NCBI RefSeq assembly: GCF_009914755.1
Contig: NC_060932.1
Source of the DNA: the human T2T-CHM13v2.0 reference genome, Homo sapiens
Strand: one strand, 5' to 3'
Length of the DNA stretch: 64,000 nucleotides
Part shown: in pieces, positions 1 through 11,599 of the stretch
Numbering within the stretch: the stretch's first letter is position 1
Layout: every line of letters starts with the position of its first letter
The notes under the pieces: generated by a model
The model's database searches: none
What the model was told of the DNA's origin: nothing
What the model saw: the letters and a program-made list of their open reading frames with translations, nothing else
Position numbers and translations under genes: made by a program

Positions 1-930
1 TAGATTCTCATGAGATCTGGTTGTTTTAAAGTGTATAGCACCTTCCCCCACTTTCTCTTCCTCCTGCTCTGGCCATGTGAAGACATGCCTGCTTCCTTTT
101 GCTTTACATCATGATTGTAAGTTTCCTGAGGCCCCTTCAGCTCTGCTTCTTGTACAGCCTTGGAACTGAGAGGTGAAGCTGGCTGGGTTTCTGGGTCGGG
201 TGGGGACTTGGAGAACTTTTCTGTCTAGCTGAAGGATTGTAAATGCACCAACCAGCGCTCTTTTTTCTAGCTAAAGATTTGTAAATGCACCAATCAGCAC
301 TCTGTCAAAATGGACCAACCAACACTCTGTAAAATGGACTAATCAGCTCTCTGTAAAATGGACCAATCAGCTGGATGTGGGTGGGCCAAATAAGGGAATA
401 AAAGTAGGCCATCCAAGCCAGCAGCAGCAACCTGCTCGGGTCCCCTTCCACAGTGTGGAGGCTCTATTCTTTTGCTCTTCACAATAAATCTTGCTGCTGC
501 TCACCCTTTGGGTCTGCACTGTGTTTATGAGCTGTAACACTCACCGCAAAGGTCTGCAGCTTCACTCCTGAAGCCAGTGAGACTGCAAACCCACCAGGAA
601 GAATGAACAACTCTGGACAGGCCACCTTTAAGAGCTGTAACGCTCACTGTGAAGGTCTGCAGCTTCACTCCTGAAGTCAGCAAGACCACGAACCCACCAG
701 AAGGAAGAAACTCCAGACATATCTGAACATCTGAAGGAACAAGTTCTGGACACACCATCTTTAAGAACTGTAACACTCACTGCAAGCGTCCGCGGCTTCA
801 TTCTTGAAGTCAGCGAGACCAAGAACCCACCAATTCCAGACACAGAACCATGAGCCCATTAAACCTCTTTTATTTATAAATTACCCAGTCTCAGGTATTT
901 CTTTATAGTAGTGTAAGAACAGACTAATAA
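1..930 (+). mobile_element. MST-family (MaLR) LTR, 3' part, split by an LTR12 insertion
   Basis: MaLR-type motifs catgattgtaagtttcctgaggcc and attaaacctctttt...ataaattacccagtctcaggtatttctttatag...gactaata. The sequence is contiguous across the LTR12 (1-166 and 845-930). Confidence 0.85.
167..844 (+). mobile_element. LTR12-family (ERV9) solo LTR
   Basis: TG...CA ends (tgagaggtgaagc...ccagacaca). 4-bp TSD GAAC at 163-166 and 845-848. Repeated ccaatcagc-type U3 units, AATAAA at 484-489 and three U5 repeats (tgtaacactcac...ttcactcctgaag). Confidence 0.93.
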
Positions 931-959
931 AAGAGTATGCTCAGAATTAAACCTGTGGC

Positions 960-1112
960 TAGGCTTGTCATATTAGCAAATAATAATACAGGACTGCCAG
1001 TTAAATTTAAATTTTTGGTAAACAATGAGTAATTTTTAATATAAAATACACCATTTGGGACCCAATTATCTGAAATTCAAATTTAACTGAGTGTCCTGTA
1101 TTTTATGTGACT
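960..1112. mobile_element. MER53-like hAT MITE (palindromic)
   Basis: Inverted ends aatacaggactgccagttaaattt ... aaatttaactgagtgtcctgtatt. Confidence 0.65.
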
Positions 1113-1114
1113 AC

Positions 1115-1437
1115 TATATCTGTGGAGGAAGGGAAGGAAGTTGACAGTGTCTTTAGCCTCAGCTGGCCCTTTAAGGAACTCTGAAGTTAGGCTGCATCTT
1201 CAATTTTGTTACTAACTGGGGCAAGGAGGCTGAATTCTATATCCTAGAATTGACCAGTCATTGGGTGCAGACTGTAGCCAAGAGAGAATCATTACCTTGG
1301 GGAAGGCAGCTCTTTTCAGCTGAGATTAATTTGCTGAGAAAGCTGGCAGCTGAGGGCTGTCGGTCAACAGCACTCCCAGAAGCCAGGGGAATACAGTCCT
1401 GAAGGGAGTACCTGGCGGGGTACATCAGAGTGTCTAT
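1115..1437 (-). mobile_element. Old ERVL LTR fragment (LTR33-like)
   Basis: gcagctgagggctgtcggtcaacagcactccca...cagtcctgaaggg resembles the reverse complement of the recalled LTR33 5' end. Confidence 0.5.
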
Positions 1438-2663
1438 TTTAATCATCATCATTATCATCAACATCCTCATTATTTATCTCTTCTCATGTAAATGCTCTTA
1501 ATGTTATGTGAAAAACCACTTTGGTAACAGTTCCCAACCAGGGTCTTTCTCACTGCTAAAGGTTGTGGATGAAGGTCATCTCCCCGAATAAGGCCTTGAT
1601 GCTAGTTTCTAAGACCCTTGCTCTCCCTCCCTAAACTCTATGGCATACCATCCTCAGATCAGTGTCCTGCCATTGCTCTGGAGACCACGCAGGAACTCTT
1701 GCTCAGAACCAGCCTTCTTTGCAGCCTTGGATACTTTTTCCTATATGTTCTTTCTTCTGATACTAATGGGGGTCAAGACTTTGGATTAAGGCTGAACAAT
1801 CCCTCTATGTTCTTGATTTTATTTTGGCTTCTCTCTTCTGGGACCTTAATCCATTTACTTTTCCCTCTTTCCTGCACTTTCAAGTTCTCTTCGGCTTACT
1901 AGAATTCAAGTCACCTATACTAAAAGGCACATACTCTTGACCTATATCTTTTTTTAGCTTCAATTTAGTCAATCCTCTTGCATCTTTAGTCCTTTAAAAG
2001 TAATCTGTGCTTGCTATTTATTCTCTTTCATTTTCTCTACCTGCTGCCATTTGGCTTACAGCAATCCTCATGTACTAAAGGGGTAAAAGGCTACTAGTTT
2101 CCTCTTAATTGCCTAAGCCAGTGACCATTCTTTCAGCCTTTATTTTCCTGGAATTTCTTATTGTATTTGAAGTCATAGTTTAACCCCTCCTTTTGAGAGT
2201 CTTTACTACCTTGATTCTACAATTCTACAATCTCCTGGCTCCCTTCATTTCTCAGGACTTACTCCTCTCACTTCATCTTATGCTTTTGTGCCTTAAATGT
2301 TAGTGTTGTTTTATCTCAGCTCTCTTATGATTCTATATATTCTTCCTGAATAATACTATTTCCTATATAGTTTCAACTAATATTTATATGCTGCTTACTC
2401 TTGATTTTATCTCTCCACCCAAGATCTTTCCCAAAATATACAGACTTGAAACTCAAGTTTGTATATTCAACTCTTCATAAGTTATTTCTGTTTGGGTGTT
2501 CCAAAGATGCCTTGAGGGCAATATGGACAAAACTGAAATGGCCACAATACTAGATCTTCTTCTGTATATAAATTTTTAACACTCAGACACCCAAACTTGA
2601 ATTCTTAGAGCTATCTCTGGCTCCTTTTTTCTCTTCATTTTTTATATTCAATAAGTCATCTAG

Positions 2664-3005
2664 AGTTCATGTCCTTTGCAGGGACATGGATGAAGCTGGA
2701 AACCATCATTCTCAGCAAACTATGATAAGGACACACAACCAAACACCGCATGTTCTCACTCATAGGTGAGAATTGAACAATGAGATCACTTGGACACAGG
2801 GCAGGGAACTTCACACAGCGGGGCCTGTCGGGGGTAGGGGGCTGGGGGAGGGATAGCATTAGGAGAAATATCTAATGTAAATGACGAGTTGATAGGTGCA
2901 GCAAACCAACATGGCACATGTATACCTTATATCAAACCTGCACGTTGTGCACATGTACCCTAGAACTTAAAGTATAATAATTTTAAATATATATATATAT
3001 ATATG
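2664..3005 (+). mobile_element. 5'-truncated L1PA 3' end
   Basis: L1PA 3'UTR with G-tract and gaacttaaagtataataa; tail converted to (TA)n. 14-bp TSD aataagtcatctag (2650-2663) / aattagtcatctag (3006-3019). Confidence 0.92.
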
Positions 3006-3199
3006 AATTAGTCATCTAGTCCTCATAATTTTACCTTCTAAATAATTGTGGAACTTCTCTCTTTCACCAGTCTAATCTTTCTCACATTTTTCTTCCATAG
3101 AACTGCTACAGTGATCTGAAATAAAAATATAACAATGGCAGTCTTTTGACTAAAATCCCTTATTGGCTCCCCATCAAGTATAATTTAAAGTCAAAGATG

Positions 3200-4082
3200 A
3201 AACTTTCACTCTGGAACTAGACTTACCATCCTTCCACAAACAACTAGAAAACTGGACTACATATGAAGCAGCAATTTTCAGATATTGATCAAGCAGTTGG
3301 CACAGTTCTGAAAGAAGGAAAACAAATAAGATAAGCCTACAGTCAGATAAGTCCCAGCTTTCTGCTTTCAGGCACTTTCTGGACTACAGTGCAGGGTTGG
3401 TTATCTCCATCAGAGCACAGTGGTATCATTGAATTAAGCAGACAGAGTCTAGTGTACAGGAAGACTGATGCATCTGGAATTTGTGAACAGAATAACAAAG
3501 AGGTTAAAGTTGCATGCAGAAAGAATGTCAAAAAATCTGTATAGGAATCCCGTAGAGTTTGTTGCTAAATACTAAGCTGTGCCTATGTAAAAGAAACTCC
3601 CTGAGGCCAGGCAAAAAAACTGCTGGAAAGCTGTAAGTTGAAAAGTTTCTAGAATTCGTACAGGGCCGGGAGACATTTGAGTTTTGGTCAGCTAGAATCA
3701 AGAGTCTTTTTGAACACCTGGCCTTTAGGGGAGATGTCAAAGGGGTTATACCTTAGTCATGTGCCTAAATTGTCTTTTTCAACTGAGGTTTTATGAAACA
3801 TAATATGAATAAGTATTTTCTTAATTCTTTCAAGCTTGGTATAATACCATTCTAAATACATTAGAGAGAAATTAATTCATTATCTACAGCATTGCCTTAG
3901 ACATTAGGGTTTAATTATCTTGTGGAACACCCATTGAGAGGGAGTATTTTAATACCCTCTCTTCAAAGCTTAAAAACAAGCTTCAAAAGGATCAACTAAA
4001 TATACTGCCTATCAGACCAAAATCTAGACCCCAGCAATGTAAAATACACACTATCCATCACCTAATCAAAAATTACTAGACC
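3200..4082 (+). mobile_element. Old L1M 5' region fragment
   Basis: Degenerate L1M 5'UTR-like motifs (acaactagaaaactggac, aaagcttaaaaacaagc). An unrelated AT-rich block interrupts it at about 3770-3950. Confidence 0.45.
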
Positions 4083-4661
4083 CTAATATTCAGAATTTAC
4101 AAAGAACTTAAATATATTTACAATAAAAAAAAACCCATCAAAAAGTGGGCAGAGGATATGAACAGACACTTCTCAAAGGAAGACATTTATATGGCCAAAA
4201 AACATATGAAAAAAAGCCCAACATCACTGATCATCAGAGAAATGCAAATCAAAACCATGCCAGTTAGAATGGTGATTATTAAAAAGTCAGGAAACAATAG
4301 ATGCTGGCAAGGCTGTGGATAAATAGTAATGCTTTTAAACTGTTGGTGGGAATGTAAATTAGTTCAACCATCGTAGAAGATAGTATAGTGATTCGTCAAG
4401 GATCTAGAACCAGAAATACCATTTGACCCAGCAATCCCATTATTGGGTATATACCCAAAGGAATATAAATCATTCTACTATAAAGACACATGCATACGTA
4501 TGTTTATTGCAGCACTATTTACAATAGCAAAGACATGGATCCAACCCAAATGCCCATCAATGATAGACTGAATAAACAAAATGTGGCACAAATATACCAT
4601 GGAATACTGTGCAGCCACAAAAAGGAATGAGATCATGTCCTTTGCAGGGACATGGATGAAA
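4083..4661 (+). mobile_element. L1PA ORF2 C-terminus / 3'UTR fragment, 3'-truncated
   Basis: aaaaagtgggcagaggatatgaacagacacttctc; atttgacccagcaatcccattattgggtatatacccaaagg. Ends abruptly at gggacatggatgaa. Confidence 0.88.
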
Positions 4662-4885
4662 TTCAACAAAATTATGTTTTAGGGTAAAGATTTTGTTGTC
4701 CATAAGCCATTCTCTTGGAAGGAATTTATGAAGGAAGCCATCTAGAGAGATATGTGGCTTCCTATCTTTGTAGTTATCTGTTTAGAAACAAAAAGGAAGG
4801 TAGATTTTGTGTGACTCTGTTCCCAAGCTGAACTTCCCTTTGATATAGTGAGTTTGGTGTCCCAAAATTTTATTTTCCTTTCACA
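4662..4885 (-). mobile_element. MER4-family LTR, 5' portion
   Basis: Reverse complement begins tgtgaaaggaaaataaaattttgggacacc, the typical MER4 start. Confidence 0.75.
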
Positions 4886-6854
4886 GTCTCAGTGAACTTT
4901 TGGGACAATATCAAGTAGTCTATCAAATGTGTATTTTCAGTCCCAGAGAAGGGAAAAGCAGAATAAAAATTATTTAAAGTCCAAGACAATTTACATCTCT
5001 CACTATGCATTTAATGATCTAGCTTTTGCCTGTCTTTCAAGTTTCAAATCTAAACCATTTCCTGACATTCCGTTTTCTCTTCAGTTCACTACATGACTCA
5101 GTTTATCACACATACCATGCTATTTCTTATCTCTATATCTCTGTTCATTCTACAGTCTGTGCCTAGAATGCTTCTAACTCTCATCCTATGCAACCTAATT
5201 CCTACTTTTAAGTTCCAACCCATGTGTCATCTCCAAGGAACCTTTCTTTATACTTTCCATTCATTTTCCACCCAACAAGAGATAGTTGTACTCTTTGGTG
5301 CTTCCAGAAATACTTTTGCATATCTCTAGTGCTGCATTAAGCCATTATATTGCTGAGATCTGTTTTTCAGTCTTTTTTGTTTAATGCTAGAAGGACTATG
5401 TGTAATACATGTTTGTATCTCCAGCACTTAGTAGAAGGATTGGCATAAGATTATTTAAAGAATAAATAAGTAATGACTTCATTGATCTGGCTCTGGGTCT
5501 AAGGTTGATACACATACCATTAACAATAATAAAATACCATTAACAATAATAAAAATCAAATTTCCCTTAAATCTCATTCATTATGGCTTATATATTTGAA
5601 AATAAAAATATATTATAAATAATGAGTCTACATTTAAAATCTGAATATTATATTTTGGTAACTTATTTGTCATATGTATGTATATGGTAGAAATACATGT
5701 ATTTTTCACTGCACAAAGCTTCAGTAAATAAGTCCAGGAATCCAGATGAGGAATTATGGAATCTATAATTCAAACACTTTCAAATTTTAATATGTCCAAA
5801 GAACCTTTGGGAGACTAATTAAAATGTAGTTTACCTTGCCTGATATCCAGAAATTCTGATTCAGTAAATCTAGACAACAGCTTAGAAATTTGCATTAAAT
5901 AGTAACTACTCAGGAGATTCTGTTGTAAACGATATATAATGTCTGGTAGATACAAATATTTATGATCTATTGATAAAAAATTGATTCTTTAAGTTGTAGT
6001 TAGAGAAATGTCATTTAACAGTATATCCTACATTTTCACTTTACTAGATAAGAAAAAATTGAGGTTTAAAAGACCAACATTTACAAAAACTCTCTTCTGA
6101 AATAACATACGTTAACTACATTAATTTTAAAGTTCTGAATACATTTCACACTTCAGCAGTTAATGGAGACTGGTATGAACGTTTTCATAGACACAGGAAG
6201 AAAAAGCAAGCAGAATAATTCTCTTTATTATATTTTAAAATTTGTTTTCTAAAGAAGAAAACATTGTCTTTAAAATTTTTGTTTGATTTGGAGCACTAGA
6301 TTCCTGGAGGAACAAATTGTCATTGAAGGCTCATGAATAAAAGGCTGAAGGGAGACTGCTGTAATCTATGTGCTCAGCAGTCGCTACAGTTAAGAGCAAG
6401 ATTTCCCACCTGATTGCTCCATTCTAAATATTGTATTAACTCAGTTACTTAAGGGTATTTTAGAAAACAAGTTAATGGGCAATCTTGTCATATTATATTA
6501 TATGCAGCAATCATGCTGCGTTGAATGGCCATATAAAAGAGAAACTTTAGAAAAATTGAGCCAAATTAGAGAATAAGAGAGTTAAAGAGTTGTTTTTACA
6601 CACAAAGTTACAAGCCATGAAATGTCTTATAGAATATTACATTTGGCCTATGTAATTTTGGCAAACAATTTACTGATGGAATCTCAAAAGTGTATTATTT
6701 TGGATAAAAATTTGAATTTAATTCATTCTTTTTGATTATACTAAGTTTCTCACATCATAGTTTACATTGCATATTCACGAGTTCTCTGAGAAAGCCACTT
6801 ATCTACTTTTCCACCAATCCATCTATTTATAAATTTAATATTTAAATGTATTCA

Positions 6855-7434
6855 TGTTAGAAATGCAAAATGCTTGTTTCTTGGTGCTGCAAAGAAATAG
6901 CACTCGAACATAAATTTAATTCTCTCAGCAAGGCAATTTTTACTTCTATAGAAGGGTGCGACTTGTGAATGGAGTAATGGCAAGAGCATACCTGGACAGG
7001 GGAGGGGAAAGAGTTCTTATTCCTGATGCAGGTAGCCCCTACTGCTGTGTTGTTCCCCTATTGGCTACGGTTGGATGGCACAGTCTAAGCTAATTCTGAT
7101 TGGCTATTTTAAAGAGGTCAGGGGTATGAGCCAGAGTGGTGGGGTGAGTAGTTTGGTGGGAAGGACGTTTAGGAACAGGTAACTAGAGGTGACTTAGGTC
7201 AGAGCAGGTGACCAGGAGTGACTTAGGTCAAAGCAGCTGATCAGGATGAGTCAGGATGGAGCAGGTGACCAGGGAACAGATGTGAACTACTAATTAGGAC
7301 TGGTGGGAAAGTTGTTTACTGAAATTAGAAGCAAGGGAGCGAACAGAACCAGGAAGTTAAACTTTAAAATGGAGAATAAAAGAATAACAGAGCTGAACAT
7401 ATGAAGAGTAACTTGGGGTTCATTATATTTAACA
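6855..7434 (-). mobile_element. LTR10-family (LTR10C-like, HERV-I group) solo LTR
   Basis: tgtta...taaca termini; 4-bp TSD TTCA at 6851-6854 and 7435-7438. Internal agcaggtgaccagg repeats. Confidence 0.8.
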
Positions 7435-7940
7435 TTCACAAAACTTGGAAATGAAATTCTCCAAGAAGATGGTATTTCAATTCTAAAGGGTCCTAAAACC
7501 CATATCTCAATATAGACCAGGTGTGGTAGAATCTTGAGTCATTTTCAGTCAGGTCGATTCTACTCTCTATTCCTCAAAAGGCCAGATAATTCCTTTCTTG
7601 GATCAGACTACTGAGGGTCTCATTGGATATCTGATTCATGGGTCAGCAGATATGGAATATGTAATTGCCACCATAAAAATTATAGAAAAGAGGAAAACAA
7701 ATGTCAATTTGAACATAAAAATGAATATTAATGGCCCATTGAAACCAATATAATATTGAACCACATGATTCCATCACCCCCATTTTCCATGCAAATCTCT
7801 ATGTCAATCTTTTTTGATTCATGTAGGTTTTCATATTCCTTTTCTTTTTTTAATACTTTATTCATTATGGGAATTGATTTAAATTTATTTTTATTAAAAT
7901 ATGCTTAATAAAAATTTAAATCACTTATAAGTAAACTCTT

Positions 7941-8158
7941 TTTTAAACTTTTAATTTTTAGTTTTAGATTCAAGGAGTACATATTTATGATTGTTACATG
8001 GGTACATTGCCTACTAGTGGGGACTGGCCTTCTAGTGTACCCATTACTCAAATAGTGGGCATTGTAACCCGCAGGTAAGTTTTCAATCCTCACCCTTACT
8101 CCCACCCTCCTTCCTTTTGGAGTCCCCGGTGTCTATTATTTCCACGTTTATGTCCATG
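7941..8158 (-). mobile_element. 5'-truncated old L1PA (about L1PA15-17) 3' end
   Basis: T-rich tail followed by the L1 3'UTR reverse complement. 18-bp TSD acttataagtaaactctt (7923-7940) / acttacaagtaaactctt (8159-8176). Confidence 0.85.
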
Positions 8159-8191
8159 ACTTACAAGTAAACTCTTAAAATATGTTCACCC

Positions 8192-9350
8192 TGAAGGAAA
8201 GTAGAGTATCTCACCCCAAAATATACTTTTTTGGCATATTTTGAGATGGATATTCAGAGGGGCTACAGACAAAGGAATAGTTCTGAAGAGTTGTCCTTTT
8301 GTGGAGGAGATTTACATCTGTAGAGGAAATCTACATTAGCGAAGTAAACAGTAGATGCGAACAGGATTTCTCTGAGACCTTATCTACATTATCTTGATCT
8401 AGGAAAGATTAACTTAGGAAAAAGAGACACTTTTGAAGTTCTAACAGAGAAACTTTCACTATAGGCTATTATCTAATCTGAGAGCTGCTACCTGAGAGAT
8501 TTCATTTGCATAACAAGATACTTTTTGCTTGATATGCAATTCCTCCCCTCTCCCTCCCATAACTGATCTCCATGTTCCAAGCCTCTATTCCTTTCCATAT
8601 GGTATTAAAACTTCAGTACTCTCAAAGAAATGTGAGATTTCTTTGAGTCTCATACTTTTGTGTGTGGTCCCCATGCCTATGCATACAATGAGTTTTGTTT
8701 TTCTCCTGATAATCTATTGTGCCAACCTAAAATAATCAAAAGAGTCAGAATCTAATTTAAAGAGAGTTTATTCAAGTGCAGAATTTAAGGATAGCCTTCT
8801 TGGAAATACCAACTTCTAAGGGATGGAATTAGAATTCAGAAGTAGGAAAGTTTAGGTTTCATTTAGATAGGCAGAGGGAGATGAGTTTTAGCAGGATTAC
8901 AACATTTTACATACAAGGCTAGAGCATAATTACAGCAATGTGATTGGTTACAGATGGTTTTTCTTTTGGGGAAGGGTATATTTAACACTTTTTACGGAAG
9001 GCATAATAGTCATGGGTTTTCTGTCATCTGGTCTAAGCAAAGCAGGACAACAAATGAGAAATTAATCTGTAACAAGGGTCACTAAAAGGCAGAGGTTTGT
9101 GTCCCTGATATCATTTAATTCTGTCTAGTCACTGTGAAGAAAAAGATAAATAAGAAAGTGAGTTAATTTATAATCTGAGAAATAGAAGTTGTAACCATAT
9201 GTGACTCAGATCACAGTCACATCTTTCTTAAGGCTTAAAGTGTTTTGGGGGTTCCAACAGCTTTTAAATTGTGTTTATTTTCAAAATTGTCAAATAATTT
9301 CAGCAGACTTAGACTCAAATTTTCAGAGGCAAAGTTTCAACTTCCCTAAA
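8192..9350 (+). mobile_element. MER34-like ERV1 LTR, split by another LTR
   Basis: Starts tgaaggaaagtagagtatctcaccccaaaatat; resumes after 9285 with tcagcagac...aaagtttcaacttcccta. Confidence 0.65.
8720..9285 (-). mobile_element. MER65-like ERV1 solo LTR nested in the MER34-like LTR
   Basis: Reverse complement starts tgaaaataaacacaatttaaaagctgttggaac. 4-bp TSD ATTG at 8716-8719 and 9286-9289. Confidence 0.6.
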
Positions 9351-9636
9351 ACCCTTAGTTTTGCCTTTCCCATGCACTGGTTAATTGTGGTTTATGCCTA
9401 ACTACCTCCTGTATCAATCTTGAGTTTTAGAGAATGTTTCCAGAAGGGATTAAGGCACCTTTGAATTCTATTTAGTACTGGTCCAACAGATCGTTAATTA
9501 CCCTTTCCTTATTTTTCTTTGTAGGACCAATAATCATCCTTTTCTTTTGATGCCTGGTTTATATATTTGAGCTCAGCTCTAGTAAAATCTACCTGCCACT
9601 CTTACTCTTTTATGCATAAATCTTTGTTTTGAGCTG

Positions 9637-9862
9637 TGTAGCAGCTTGCTTAAACATGGTGGCTTTGGAATCAGACTGCCTTGGTTTAAATCCCTATCCT
9701 ATCACTTGCTAGGTATGAACAATTTAGATATCCTTTCTAAGTATTGGTTTAAAAATCTATAAAATGAGGATTCTTTGAGGTTTAATTGAGATAGTAGAGG
9801 CAAAATACCTGGCACATAATAAATATTCAATACATGTAATTCATAGTTGATATCATTGCTAT
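9637..9862 (+). mobile_element. MIR SINE
   Basis: ggctttggaatcagactgccttggtttaaatccc...ctataaaatgagg...cctggcacataataaatattcaata. Confidence 0.75.
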
Positions 9863-10056
9863 TATTATGGTAGGTAACTAGTCATAAATAAGCAGGGCAA
9901 GAGAGGCTCCCCATCCCACCAGAAATGTCAGGCAACCATCAGGTGATGGTCAGGTAGTTGTTAAACTGCCTCTCTAAAATAATAATTGGTCACAGCCAGT
10001 GCCAGGGAAAGGCAGTCTCCCAATAAACAGAAAAACCTGAAACTGATGATCAGCAG

Positions 10057-10186
10057 TGCCAGGCCTCTGAGCCCAAGCCTCCACGTATACATCCAGATGG
10101 CCTGAAGAAAGTGAAGAATCACAAAAGACATGAAAATGGCTGGTTCCTGCCTTAACTGATGACATTACCTTGTGAAATTCCTTCTC
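10057..10186 (+). mobile_element. Truncated HERV-H 5' LTR (first 130 bp of U3 only)
   Basis: Aligns to 15171-15300 with 9 mismatches in 130 bp (hand count), then jumps directly into the CT-rich leader. Confidence 0.9.
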
Positions 10187-10599
10187 TCCTTGTCTCTACC
10201 CTCTCTTTTCTCTCCACTTTCCTGGGGGGCAAGCACCCCCCACCACTTCTCTCCATGTCTCTACCCTTTCTTTTCTCTGGGCTTGCCTCCTTCACTATGG
10301 GCAAACTTCCACCCTCCATTCCTCCCTCTTCTCCCTTAGCCTGTGTTCTCAAAACTTAAAACCTCTTCAACTCACACCTGACCTAAACCTAAATGCCTTA
10401 TTTTCTTCTGAAATGCCTCTTGACCCCAATACAAACCCAACAATAGTTCCAAATAGCCAGAAAATGGCACTTTTGATTTTTCCATCCTACAAGATCTAGA
10501 TAATTCTTGTTGTAAAATGGGCAAATGGTCTGAGGTGTCTGACGTCCAGGCATTCTTTTACACATCGGTCCCTCCCTAGTCTCTGTTCCCAATGCGTTT

Positions 10600-11500
10600 C
10601 GTCCCAAATCCTCCTTCTTTCCCTCCTGCCTGTGCCCTCAGTCCCAACCCCAAGCATTGCTGAGTCTTTTCAATCTTCCTTTTCTACCGATCCATCTGAC
10701 CTCTCCCCTCATCCCCAGACTGCTCCTCAGGTCACTCCCCACCAGGCTGAATCAGACTCCAATTCTTCCTCAGATTCTGCTCCTCCACCCTGTAATCCTT
10801 CTATCACCTCCTCTCCCCACACCCAGTCTGGCTTACAGTTTTGTTCCACAACTAGCCCTCCCCCACCTGCCCAACAATTTCCTCTTAAAGAGGTGGCTAG
10901 AGCTGAAGGCATAGCCAAGGTTAATGCTCCATTTTCTTTATCTGACCTCTCCCAAATCAGTTAGTGTTTAGGCTCTTTTTCATCAAATATGAAAAACCCA
11001 GCCTGGTTCATGGCCCGTTTGGCAGCAATCCTGAGATGCTTTACAGCCCTAGACCCAGAAGGGCCAGAAGTCCATCTTATTCTCAATATGCATTTTGTTA
11101 CCCAGTCAGCTCCTGACATAAAAAAAAAAAAAGCTCCAAAAATTAGATTCCAGCCCTCAAACCCCACCACAGGACTTAATTAACCTTGCCTTCAAGGTGT
11201 ACAATAATAGAGACAGCCAAGTAGCAATGTATTTCTGAGTTGCAATTCCTTGCTTCCACTGTGAGAGAAACTCCAGCCACATCTCCAGCACACAAGAACT
11301 TCAAAACGCCTAAGCCACAGTGTTCAGGGCTTCCTTCAGGACCTCCTCCCCCTGGATCTTAATTCAAGTGCCAGAAATCTGGCCACTGGGCCAAGGAATG
11401 CCCCCAGCCCAGGATTCCTCCTAAGCCATGTCCCATCTGTGTGGGATCCCACTGGAAATCGGACTGTCCAACTCGCCTAGCAGCCTCTGGAACTCTGGCC
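10600..11500 (+). pseudogene. gag: HERV-H gag remnant
   Basis: Pro-rich segment PPPAQQFPLKEVARAEGIAKVNAPFSLSDLSQI. Nucleocapsid zinc knuckles (stop)[13 protein letters not shown] and [13 protein letters not shown] at about 11360-11467. Multiple stops and frameshifts. Confidence 0.85.
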
Positions 11501-11599
11501 CAAGGCTCTCTGACTGACTCCTTCCCAGATCTTCTCAGCTTAGCGGCTGAAGACTGATGCTGCCCAATTGCCTAGAAAGCCTCCTGGAACATCACAGAC

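Noticed and set aside
529-835. Three spaced repeats in LTR12 resembling a repeat-spacer array
   Set aside because: Normal LTR12 U5 repeats in a primate genome; no unique spacers or cas genes, so not CRISPR.
2664-4661. The L1 piece at 4083-4661 ends on the same motif that begins the piece at 2664, suggesting one rearranged L1
   Set aside because: The 2664-3005 copy has its own 14-bp TSD and differs in the overlap (gagttcatg vs gagatcatg), so independent insertions are simpler.
5514-5553. 20-bp tandem duplication ataccattaacaataataaa
   Set aside because: Ordinary slippage duplication with no further structure.
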